Shown here: positions 1 through 11,042 of the stretch, piece after piece | How positions within the stretch are numbered: the stretch's first letter is position 1 | Layout: every line of letters starts with the position of its first letter | Assembly (NCBI RefSeq): GCF_006345805.1 | Contig: NW_021826233.1 | Location: forward strand, 1 to 36,022 | Length of the DNA stretch: 36,022 nucleotides | Direction of reading: 5' to 3' | Origin: Octopus sinensis | Lineage: Eukaryota | The notes under the pieces: generated by a model | Seen by the model: only the letters and a program-made list of their open reading frames with translations | Database searches by the model: none | What the model was told of the DNA's origin: nothing | Translations under genes and position numbers: made by a program

Positions 1-85
1 TGTTTGAGATATATCGATGGTTCAACGAAGCAGTCCACAACTAAATAATTTTTGTATCATTGGAATCAAGATGAGTACTATAAAA

Positions 86-135
86 TGAACCCGGGACCAT
101 GTGGTTGGGAAGGAAGCTACTTACCACACAGCCAC
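86..135 (-). mobile_element. tRNA-derived SINE head fragment (CORE-like family)
   Basis: TGAACCCGGGACCATGTGGTTGG...CTACTTACCACACAGCCAC is the reverse complement of a tRNA-like head with A/B boxes. It matches the heads at 1255-1323 and 27160-27226. Confidence 0.7.
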
Positions 136-205
136 AAGACTGCAAAACATTTGATTATAGGTCTGTTTCATCGGGTCTGACATAGGGCTAAAATGACCTT
201 TTTAT

Positions 206-428
206 ATTTGATCTTGTTTCAGACATTTGGATGCTGCCACCGCTTTGAAAGTTTTAGTAGACCCCAGGACTTATTCATTTAAGCATACTACTGATTCTGA
301 CGTTCCCTTTTGCCGTACCGCCAGTTACGAGGGCATAAACACACTAACACTGGTTGTCAAGTAGTGCTGGGAGGACAAACGTAGACACAAACACACACAT
401 ACATAGAAACATACACACACACATACGT

Positions 429-480
<52 letters not shown>
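206..480 (-). mobile_element. 3' half of CORE-like SINE running into its internal (CA)/(TA) microsatellite
   Basis: GACCCCAGGACTTATTC...GGTTGTCAAG...GGACAAAC...ACACAC aligns by eye with 15605-15790 and 26805-27000. Confidence 0.65.
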
Positions 481-500
<20 letters not shown>

Positions 501-589
501 GATTACTTTATTCAATATATGTTTCCAAATTTTAATCATTTTTATCCTGTTAATTTAGTAGTTTTTTATATCTGTTAAATTTATTTTTA

Positions 590-840
590 CGTACATGAAT
601 AAGTATGAATATAAGTATGAATATAGGTACTCTCAATGATAGAACGGTAGCCAGTACACACATCTTTTTACTCCTTGTTTCTCTCCTTGTTTTTTTTTTC
701 TGTGTCCCTTTCTGTAGAAGAGCGTAGGCTCGAAACGTAAAAGACTTTTTTTCAATTCCTGAGCGTTATACAAGTACATCTGTTTGTTTTGTGCACCACC
801 TGTCTTCGTATTTTGTTTTTTTCATGAACTCTCCCCCCTA
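590..840 (+). mobile_element. Penelope-like terminal-repeat fragment carrying a hammerhead-like motif
   Basis: Contains CTGTAGAAGAGCGTAGGCTCGAAACGTAAAAG and ends at CTCCCCCC followed by (TA)n. Its last ~45 nt recur three times at 4411-4597. The left boundary is uncertain. Confidence 0.5.
708..743 (+). ncRNA. minimal type I hammerhead ribozyme-like motif (A6U variant)
   Basis: Fold: CUUU / CUGUAGA-A / GAGC-GUAG-GCUC / GAAAC-GUA / AAAG. It has a 4-bp stem I, a perfect 4-bp stem II, a palindromic ACGU stem III and a GUA cleavage triplet. Confidence 0.55.
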
Positions 841-1113
841 TATATATATGTTGTGTGTGTGTGTGTGTATGTGTGTGTGTGTGTGTATTTGTGTGTGTAT
901 GTGCGTGAATGTATATATGTGTATTTTTTTAGTATATTGTAAGTATATGAATACTATCTTTTAGGGGTTATTCAACACATCCATATATATAGAAATAAAA
1001 GGCAATTACTGAATAAAGTAATACTCCCTGTTGATTAAGGTTGTTCATCATGTTTTCAGTCGGCGGAGAAATAGCTAAAATGTGCCCTCTTTATAATTAT
1101 AACATATGTCACA

Positions 1114-1175
<62 letters not shown>

Positions 1176-1323
1176 CTACGGGCCCTTTTCAGTTTTCGTC
1201 TACCAAAGGCTTTGGTCGACCCGAGGCCTTTATAGTATTATAGTAGATACCAAGCAGTGTGATCGAACCTGAAACCGAATGGTTGGGAGCAAGCCTTTTA
1301 CCACTGAGCTACATCTGTACCTG
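1176..1323 (-). mobile_element. 5' half (tRNA head + core) of CORE-like SINE, internally deleted
   Basis: TACGGGCCCTTTTCAGTTTTCGTCTACCAAAGGCTTTGGTCGACCCGAGGC...GATCGAACCTGAAACC matches 27070-27226. Confidence 0.75.
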
Positions 1324-2414
1324 TATTACATAAAAAAGCAACAGTATAATCTTTCGAAGTTGGTCCACTGTATTACGTTCATTACGTCTACAATGGTAGC
1401 TTATTCCCTTTCATAACATACATCGTCATGTTAAGCATTTGTTATATTTAGGTTTTCCAGTTTCTATCACTTCCTTTTCCATATTTAGATATTACATATC
1501 TTCCGTACCATCAGCACGTTCCATAATATCCATTCTTAGGGATATTCTGCTCCTTCCATAACACTCATACCATCCTTGTGCTCTACACTGTTAATAAGTG
1601 TAGAATAACTTTTGTCATAGTTTTACTCGAACAGAGTTGATATGGGATTAATAAAAAAAACAATAAGTTCTAAAAACCAACACAGAAATCCTTTCTTTCA
1701 CAGAACATTCCAGCTTTTATTTTTTCCTTTGTTTTTTTTTTATATTTCTCTTCTCTTTTCTTTTTCGTGAGAAAGGAAAATTTTCCATAACATTTAACCC
1801 TCTTCCTTTTTTTTTCTTCAACACAGAATTAATTACTCTTTATCATTTGGTGCTTACTGATTTTTTTTTTAATGTATCTTTTCGTAGCTCCTGAAATATT
1901 TTCTAGTTATATAAAAAAAGAAAAGATTGGAATTTGAAGAAATAAATTTCTAATAATGACTTTAATACATTCCTGCACTTTTTATGTCTTCTTTTAGGTT
2001 CACAGTTAGGAATACCGCAAATTCTAAAGATATAAATATTCTTCGTTGCCAAAATCTTAACAGTAATTCTTTAAATTATTCCCATTTACTTACTGAACTT
2101 CTCTGAAAATATCTCCGAAGAAGATATTTTCCCATTTTTTCTTCAGTCACTGGAAAACCTTAATTATGCAGTTCGTAGTGAAGCTGTTATTTTCTCTGAC
2201 ATATCTGCAACACATTCTTCAATCCTATTTGCTCGAACGTAATACTGAGGAACTGACAATGTCATGCCAACAGAAAGTCTTCCGCCACGACAATAAATTC
2301 CTCCCGCTAGGCCTCTCAACTTTGATGTTTGACGCCAAATTTTAAGAACTGAAGCTAACTGTATTGGAATGGTTTCTATCCTGTTAATACATGCAAACAC
2401 ACTTCCGTTTATTT

Positions 2415-2417
2415 ATA

Positions 2418-2480
<63 letters not shown>

Positions 2481-2509
2481 TTATCTATCTATCTATCTAG
2501 CCTACCAAT

Positions 2510-2545
<36 letters not shown>

Positions 2546-2673
2546 TTATCTATCTATCTATCTAGCCTACCAATTTATCTATCTAAAAGTATATTTATCT
2601 GCCTGTTTGTCTGTTTGTTAATCTATAAAATTTATGTATGTATGTATATATCTATCTATCTATCTATCTATCC

Positions 2674-2707
<34 letters not shown>

Positions 2708-2716
2708 ATATATATA

Positions 2717-2767
<51 letters not shown>

Positions 2768-2804
2768 GTCTATATGCATATCTCTGCATATCTTTATCTG
2801 TCTG

Positions 2805-2853
<49 letters not shown>

Positions 2854-2905
2854 TTGTCTATCTGTCTGTCTATCTATCTAACCTACCTATTTATTTGTCT
2901 GTTTG

Positions 2906-2948
<43 letters not shown>

Positions 2949-3000
2949 GTCTACCTATCTATCTATCTGTCTGTCTGTCTCTCCGTCCGTCTGTATGACG
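2415..3000. repeat. compound (TCTA)n/(TA)n/(TCTG)n microsatellite
   Basis: Directly visible. It includes a duplicated TCTAGCCTACCAATTTATCTATCTA cassette. Confidence 0.95.
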
Positions 3001-3344
3001 TCTGTATCTCTATTCTTCTGTCTGTACATCCACCTATCAAGTCACGTATCTATATCTCACTTAATTCTCTATCTGCACATGCACTCATATGTGTTTATGA
3101 CCGTCTGTATATCCATCACTCATTCTATCCATCTGTCTATCCACCTATCTATCATATTTGGACAACACTGATAAATGCAAATACATCTGTGTGTATAATA
3201 TATTTGATTAAGTCCACGTAGATATCTTATATAACAACAAAGGTGTTTGCAGTTGTCTATCACATACAGTGTATCGATAAGCTAAAGGCCAATATGCACA
3301 CAAACCGCTTTACATCAGCGTTGAAGACACTGTTGATTAACAGT

Positions 3345-3500
3345 ACGTATGTATGTACGTATGTACGTATGTACGTATGTATGTATGTATGTACGTATGT
3401 ATGTATGTATGCATGTATGTACGTACGTATGTATGTATGTATGTATGTATGTATGTATGTATGTATGTATGTATGCATGTATGTATGTATGCATGTATGC
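3345..3500. repeat. (TATG)n microsatellite
   Basis: Directly visible. Confidence 0.95.
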
Positions 3501-3887
3501 ATGTCTGGACGTATGCGTTTGTGTATATATATATATGTATTTGTATGTGTGTCTCTGAATGAACATATATATATACAAAAACACACACACATGCACACAC
3601 TCACAAACAGTTGGTTGATAGATGCGTAGATAAATGCATGGAGCAAATAGCGTGCATGTGTATTTTATGTATATGTGTATACGTTTGTATATATGCATAT
3701 ATATATATTATACATATATACGCACATAAATTTACATATTTACTTATATGTGTTCATGCATACATATATAAGTATAATACGTATGTATATATATATATAT
3801 ATATTATATATATATATATATATAAATACGTATGTTATATATATATATATATATATTACATTATATAAATGTGTGTGTATTTGTGTA

Positions 3888-3932
<45 letters not shown>

Positions 3933-4352
3933 TTACATGTTGTGTGTGTATTTTTGTGTAGTGTATATATATATATATATATATGCAGAATGTATAAATG
4001 CTTATAAGTACGTTAGTATCTCTCATGACACGACAGTCTATGTCATACCATATATTAACCTATCGATATACCTTTATAATGATATAACTAAATATATTGA
4101 TTTTTTTTCCTGATCTGTATCCACACAGCAATAGAGCGATATTCTTAATTCTTTATCGCAGCGACCAAGAAATTATCTCTCGATCTGATAAATATTTTTT
4201 ATTACTTTGGCACATATCTGTATTTTTTATCTAATCTGTTTATCTCTAGCATTCTCTTTCTCTCTCTTTCTATCTCTCTCTCTTAATATACGTGTATATG
4301 TCTGTGTGTGTAAGTACGTATGTATTTATATATTATGTCTATGTATATATAT

Positions 4353-4410
<58 letters not shown>

Positions 4411-4413
<3 letters not shown>

Positions 4414-4597
4414 ACCTGTTTTCGTCTTTGTATTTTTTTTTGTGAATTCTCCCCGATATATATATATATATTATATATATATATACCACCTGTCTTCGTC
4501 TTTTGTTTTTTTTGTGAATTCTCCCCTATATATATATATATATATATATATACCACCTGTCTTCGTCTTTTGTTATTTTTTTTGTGAATTCTCCTCC
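4411..4597 (+). repeat. three tandem ~45-nt units separated by (TA)n
   Basis: ACCACCTGTCTTCGTCTTTTGTTTTTTTTGTGAATTCTCCCC-like units at 4411-4455, 4485-4526 and 4552-4597. They are homologous to 795-838. Confidence 0.9.
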
Positions 4598-5206
4598 TAT
4601 ATATATATATATATATATATATACATACAGACTCACACAGAGATAGCGAGAGAGAGAAGGGAGAGCTATCTCTGTATTGATCAATCAGACTATATACTCT
4701 ATTATCCTCATCATCATTATCATCAACAACATTCTCGTTATCCTCATTACGATAGACGCCATTATTAGTTATTTGTAGTAGACAAAACTACATACAGGAT
4801 CTGACTTCAAAATTTCCCCGCGAAAGCTCGTCAGTAAAACTGACATGACGTTTTAAGCGAAACTTTGAATTCGCTGTCAAATATCGACGTAAATTGAAAC
4901 CCGAAAACCCATCCTTTGCAAACTAGAGCAATTAGTTTTGATCATTAAAAATTTTGGTGTCGTTTCCCCTATATGAGTTGCCTTCTCTTGTTTATATTAT
5001 AATTTTACTTACGTATTATATATAATTATTTTCAAAAGTATTTTTGATTGAAATAACGCTTTATTCAGATAATTCTGCTGGAATCTAATTAAAATCCTAT
5101 GCTTTTGTACATTAAGCATACAGTAACAAGTCATGCAGTAGTAACTTCTAAGTTACTATGGAGCAATACATATTTGATATAAGGAAGAGATGAAAATCAA
5201 TGACAA

Positions 5207-5263
5207 AATAATATTAATAATATAATAATAATAATATAATAATAAATAATAATAATAAATAAT

Positions 5264-5297
<34 letters not shown>

Positions 5298-5353
5298 GAG
5301 ATAATATAATAATAATAATCATACAAAATAAAATAAATCAGTAATAATAAAAT

Positions 5354-5387
<34 letters not shown>

Positions 5388-5456
5388 TAATAAAAAATAA
5401 TAAATAATATATAATATATAATAATAAATAATAATATAATAATAGTAATAATAATA

Positions 5457-5491
<35 letters not shown>

Positions 5492-5516
5492 TAATAAGGA
5501 TAATAATAATAATAAT
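5207..5516. repeat. degenerate (AAT)n tract
   Basis: Directly visible. Further (AAT)n tracts lie at about 6160-6216 and 6389-6437. Confidence 0.95.
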
Positions 5517-6159
5517 ATCGAGAGCACTATACTGGCAACGCAAGACCAAACTTTGGACACGAACTGGAGAGTCAACCTTATGAATGAGCAAGTCTTTGCG
5601 CTGTATCACATCTGTGATAGAGTGGATGAAATCCTTGCCCATGTCACGACCGAATGCTCTAGATTTGCCCAAAACTACTACATGTTGTGGCGATACGATC
5701 AGGTAGCGAAAGTGGGGGTTAGAGAAGAGCAAGACGAGATATGCGCACACACCGCAGAGAGCGACGAAGTCGGACACTAGTAAAATCTTCTGGGATTTCC
5801 CAATCCAAACAGATCAGGTGCTAGAACATAACAGATGAGACCTGTTGGTGGCGAACAAAGTGCACCACATACGCTATATAGTTAATGTCGCATTCCCCTT
5901 TGACCAACGAATAGTCAAGGAGGATGCCGAAAAGGTAGATAAGTACAACCGTCTTAAGTACGAAATAGCCCGGCTATAGAAAATGAAGAAGGTGAAGCAA
6001 GTGCCAATTATTCTTGCATCCTTGGGAACAGTATCAGAAGTTATCAAGCAGAATATAAAGGAAATTGGAATAGATTCCCTAGTAGAACTGTTACAAAAGT
6101 GTTGCCTTCTTGGCATGGCCAGGGTAATCCGGAAAGTGATTCTGCCAGTTCACCACCTT
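5517..6159 (+). mobile_element. 5'-truncated R4/Dong-clade non-LTR retrotransposon (decayed zinc knuckle + restriction-like endonuclease C-terminus)
   Basis: Frame 3 reads ESTILATQDQTLDTNW...HICDRVDEILAHVTTECSRFAQNYY..RYDQVAKV. After a frameshift, frame 1 reads KIFWDFPIQTDQVLEHNR*DLLV...IVNVAFPFD...EKVDKYNRLKYEIARL*KMKKVKQVPIILASLGTV...LLQKCCLLGMARVIRKVI. This follows the R4/Dong pattern AAQEQAL..C..C....H...C...RHD..W D...RPD..D..P...EK..KY..L..EI..VP...GALG...QK..LLG.ARI.RKVL. Confidence 0.85.
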
Positions 6160-6166
6160 AATAATA

Positions 6167-6217
<51 letters not shown>

Positions 6218-6229
6218 TTTTTTTAAAAT

Positions 6230-6387
6230 TTATTTATTAGACATTCACTAGTACAACACCAAAAAAACCCCAAATATATGGCACACTAGGCATAACAACA
6301 ACGTGAACTTCCAACCTTTTGTCTCTTGAGGTCTCTGGAAGAGACTTAGAGCCAACTTGTACAAACATAAAGCAAAAGTCAAACATA

Positions 6388-6388
<1 letters not shown>
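6230..6388 (+). mobile_element. possible 3' UTR of a second TAA-associated LINE
   Basis: A non-simple 160-bp cassette bounded by (TAA)n on both sides. It resembles, from memory only, a cephalopod LINE 3' end (...GTCTCTTGAGGTCTCTGG..AGACTT.GAGCCAACTTGTACAAA..AAAGCAAAAGTCAAACAT). Confidence 0.35.
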
Positions 6389-6441
<53 letters not shown>

Positions 6442-7379
6442 CAATATTCGAACAACTGTAGAAATAGTATTTATTTCAGTTAAAATTCGAAACCGTTTCG
6501 CAGGACTGGATTTCTTTATTCCTTTCTTAATTTCATTTCAACAACGCCATTTTGTCATTGTTTCTCGTTTTATATATTTATGTTGTGTTGTGTTCTATTA
6601 TCACTATTTTTGTTGTTTTGTTTTGTTTTTGTGTTGTGTTGTGTTGTTTTGCTTTTTTTACTACCATTACTCTTCCTCTCGGTATTTCTACTCCGCGACC
6701 CACTCTCCAACGAGAATATCTTTGAAGGAATAACATCTTTGACTTTTAGTCACATCAAATGAAATCACTATCATTGTATTGGCAGACTGACTAGTGAATT
6801 AGACACCTAATTTAGACAATCTTTCCCCTTCGTTCTCCACCTACACCTCTTCCGTCTCTACCACTTCGAAGAAATAACGTTTCTGTTTTGTTTCAACTTA
6901 TCCTTGTTTTATTCTTTTGTTGTTGTTGTTTTTTTTATATAGTTTCTTTATTATGTTTATTTATTTTCAAAGCGAGATCGAATCAGCCACGTGGTATCTT
7001 GACTTTTATCTAACAAGACCTGACAAGAAATAAAAGGTTTTGCCAGAATCATAAGGTGGAGAGAGAGAGGGGGGGGGGCGAATATTAGGAGAGAGAGAGA
7101 GACAAAGAGATAGAGATAGACAGGCTAAAAAGAGAAAGAATTTTGTCTTTTTTTAGTTACTTCAGCCATGATGGACATTACTCCGTCCAAACTCATCTCT
7201 TCTTTTCTTCTTCGTTTTTACTTCTTTTCTATAATTTTTTTTATTGGTTCCTTCTGTTTGGCGAGTTTATTATGTTTTGTGTTTGTACTTGGTGATTACT
7301 GGGTAAAGTAACAAAAACCGACAAACATACGAACATACGCACGCACAGACGGGCTGGGGCGCACTTGCACACACGTGCG

Positions 7380-7552
7380 TATGATATACGTATATATATA
7401 CATATATACATATATAAATATAGATATATATATATACATATATATATACATACATATATATAATATACATACATATATATATATATATATAAATATATAT
7501 ATACATACATACATATATATACATACATACATCATATATATATATATATTTA

Positions 7553-7606
<54 letters not shown>

Positions 7607-7761
7607 TACACACACACATAATATATATCGCCATACACATATATAAACACGATATATACTCTACGTTTAAGAAGTTCATGTTCGACATCCGTGTGATAAA
7701 TATGTATATGTATATATATATTTATATGATAATATAAAAACTTATATATATATTATATATA

Positions 7762-7805
<44 letters not shown>
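7380..7805. repeat. (TA)n-rich compound microsatellite
   Basis: Directly visible. Confidence 0.95.
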
Positions 7806-7864
7806 CAGATAGTGTGATATTTTTTTAGGACACGTAGCTATAACTGTTCTAAATTATTTTTATT

Positions 7865-9036
7865 TTAGTATAACATTGTTATACATCGAATAAGCTGACC
7901 CGCCACCTTTTATTCCATATGGAAGGAGACTGCTGCAACAACACTTTTAACGCACTCTGTTAAACATTGCTTATTACAGTTGTCTCGATTCTAGAATGCC
8001 ATCGAGACGTGAAGACAATTTGGAAGCTCACCAAAAGAGAAACTTTTCTGTTACACTGGGCAAAAACGTTGAAGAATCTTATGAAATGCTTTCGGCTGCT
8101 TATGGATTAACTTCTGAGCCGAGCATCTGCTTTTCTCTGGCACAGAAACTTCAAAGACGCTAGAGAGATGGTGAGAGTTGATGAAAATTGTGGGATGGAG
8201 AGAAATATTAGACGATCAGTGTTGGTTGAAAAAATTTGCAATTTTCTGGATGAAGACATTCGTGTGTTTATAAAGACAATATGCATACACGGAATTATTC
8301 ATTAAGGTCTGAAAATGATCAAGATTTGTGCAAAGTTTGTTCCCAGGCTTCCTAGAGGCGAACAGAATGAAAGATGTGTCGTTGAGAGCAGAGGGACAAT
8401 GAATTTCATTACCTCCAATCCAAATGACCTGTGACATAAGCTGGATCTGCTGTTAAGATCCAGAGACAAAGCGACAACGTGTTTAATGGACACTTTGTGA
8501 CACTCCCAGACCCAACTGATGCAAGTCCAAAGCAAGTATGTCGATCCTGGTTTCCGGCAACATGTGCATCCTTTACATTCACTCAGATCCCTCTGGCAAC
8601 ACTCTCCCTAAGGAGAACGTTGTGGAGGTTTTGAGGGCGTTCATGAAGAGATTTCGTCGTTAAAGGTCAGAGATCTTTCACTCAGCTCTGGCACATGCAC
8701 CAGTCTACAATTGCACCCTGGTAACCAAATACTTTGCAGATATGGGCAGCAAAACCTTCCGTCACCCATACAGTATAGATCTTGCTCCTTGTGAATGACT
8801 TTTGTCTGTTCCCCAAGCTGAAGGAGCAATCGCTTTGACTGTATTGAGAAGGCTTTGAGAAGGAGCCTGGAAAATGCCCCTTGGAAGGCTCACAAGGGGT
8901 CTTCGTGAAGTGGCGGGAGCGATCAAGGGCATTGGAGTGTTTGTAGTTCTTACTCTGAAGGAGATTACAGTTTTGTACTTCTTTCAAATTGATAAATGTA
9001 TCATTTGAAGGAGCCTCCTGGAATGCACCTGGTGTA
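7865..9036 (+). mobile_element. decayed mariner (Tc1/mariner) transposon, transposase pseudogene from ~7996
   Basis: Peptide remnants: MPSRREDNLE..VTLGKNVEESYEMLSAAYG, WHRNFKDARE, ICAKFVPRL, TCDISWI..DPETKRQ, HPYSIDLAPC and DFCLFPKLK. There are many stops and frameshifts and the DNA(P) motif is deleted. The right end reads GAATGCACCTGGTGTA; the left TIR is not recognisable. Confidence 0.88.
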
Positions 9037-9352
9037 CAGACATCCATGATGAACCTAAAACACATATTGGAGCAACGGAACGCACATTAATAAGCCGTTA
9101 TTACAAGTATAAGCATTCATTTGTCCAAGTTTATAAGGTTTCTTGCGTGAGACAAGTCCACATAAATTCAAACTTACCTGGTCTATTATAGAAAATGTGC
9201 AACTTTACTGGGACGAGGGTTTCAAATCAAAGATTCGATGTGATCTTTGTTTCAGTGAAAAATTGAGAATTTTGACTCAAAGGACAAATAATTTTAACAA
9301 AACATTTGAGCTGTTAATACATTGCATGCCTGTGGCTAAGTATCTTTTATGC
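9037..9352 (+). mobile_element. Penelope-like element GIY-YIG endonuclease remnant (pseudogene)
   Basis: KTHIGATERTLISRYYKYKHSF (9057-9122), then after a frameshift FKLTWSIIENVQLY..KIRCDLCFSEKLRILT..NNFNKTFELLIHC..KYLL. This fits the Penelope-type C-terminus YIG.TE..FK.RY..HK.SF / I.WSII / RC.LCL.EK..IL / NKR.EL...C. Confidence 0.8.
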
Positions 9353-9803
9353 GCGGGGACCACCAGATCAAGTGATTTCGATCTTTCTTTGGTTTTATTA
9401 TATATATTGTATATATAGTGTTGTATCTTGCGAGAGTCATTATGCCAAAAATAAACACACTGTCCAGTTCTACTATAAAAGAAGTGAAATAGAACCTGTG
9501 CATGGGTGTACTACAGGTGTAATGCTATGTGTGTGCGTGTGTGTGTCTGTGTGTGTATGTATGTACAGCCGTATGTGTATGTGAAGATGTATTGCTCTTA
9601 TCGTTATTCTTATTATTATTGTTATTATTATTATTATATTATTATTAGTAGTAGTAGTAAGTAGTAGAGTAGTAGTAGTAGTAGTAGTATATACATATTT
9701 TTTTACATAAGTTGGAACAGTATTCTATAGTACATTATATAAAAAAAATATACACTCGCACACAAATGTATATATATATATATATATATACATATATATT
9801 ATA

Positions 9804-9837
<34 letters not shown>

Positions 9838-10451
9838 AACATATATATAAACGTATATATACATACATATAAACTTATATATACTTATGCGTGAATGCGT
9901 TTTTGTGTGTGTGTTGTGTTGTGTTTGCGTGTGTGTTTGCGTGTGTGACTGACTGACTGTGTGTGTCTGTCTGTGTGCGTGTATGTATTATGTAAGTATA
10001 CAGTTTCATTCGTATGGCAATCGATTTGACACGAGATTTTTTCTCTGAAGACTAAAACAGTTTTCTGGTCTTCAGAGCCGTTAAAGTCAATCATTAAATG
10101 CACCCACAAACCCCCACCGCTCCATCCGAGACATTCACTATCAAACTCACGCTAACAACCTCCCGCCTCCCAGCTTATATTCGATATTAATTTGCGATTA
10201 TTTTGACTAGTAATATTTATATTATTAGGTGGTTGGTCAAATATTCCTGAACCGGTCATTAGTCCTCTATCTTGTTCTCAGGACAATTTCTCCTGCAAGA
10301 AGACAGAATCTTACTGAAATAACACAGACAGTTCAGGACCTCTAGAAATATATATAGATTTTTCATTCTTGTTGGTGTTGTTCTTGTTGATGATTATGAT
10401 GATGTTGACAGTGTTGTTGTTAATACTGTTCCTGATAACGATAATAGTAGT

Positions 10452-10453
10452 GC

Positions 10454-10499
<46 letters not shown>

Positions 10500-10510
10500 G
10501 CTACTGCTGC
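10452..10510. repeat. (GTT)n/(GCT)n microsatellite
   Basis: Directly visible. Confidence 0.95.
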
Positions 10511-11002
10511 TGCTCATATTTTGTTGCAATAGACTTTGATTTAGTTGTTGCTGTTGTTGTTGTTGATACTGTTATTATTGTCTTTATTGATATTTTATAG
10601 CTGTTGCTGTCTCAACCCAGATTCCGCTGTGATAGAACAGACCAATTATATAGCGAACTATCAATATATAATGCAATGTGTGTGTGTGTGTGTGTGTGTA
10701 CATACATGCATACATATATGGACGTATATACACAGAAAAACAGAGAGTGATGGGTAGATAAATACATGCAGAAACTATCTATGCAAGTATATATCAAATA
10801 TATATATTAGATATAGTCGTTAACAGCAAGCTGTCGGGTGGAGCTCAATGTGTGTGTATATATAATATAATATAATATAATATATGTAATGTATATATAT
10901 AAAATAATATGATATATATATATATATATATATTTAATATATTTATATATATGTATATATATGTATATATATATATATCCACACATGCATATATATGTGT
11001 GT

Positions 11003-11042
<40 letters not shown>

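Noticed and set aside
2042-2240. Plus-strand peptide VAKILTVIL*IIPIYLLNF...FLQSLENLNYAV resembling GPCR TM6-TM7
   Set aside because: It has in-frame stops, lacks an NPxxY/NF.LY continuation and has no other helices nearby. Probably chance hydrophobicity of T-rich DNA.
4411-4597. Repeat-spacer-repeat pattern resembling a CRISPR array
   Set aside because: The spacers are pure (TA)n, the context is eukaryotic, and there are no cas genes. The unit is the end of a dispersed repeat.
4795-4840. Minus-strand CUGACGA...GAAA...GUC hammerhead look-alike
   Set aside because: Stem II does not close next to GAAA and stem I cannot pair.
9415-9465. Possible decayed hammerhead just after the GIY-YIG remnant (CTTGCGA-GA-GTCATTATGCC-AAAAAT)
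   Set aside because: Both core segments are non-canonical. The position is suggestive, but it cannot be supported without a family consensus.
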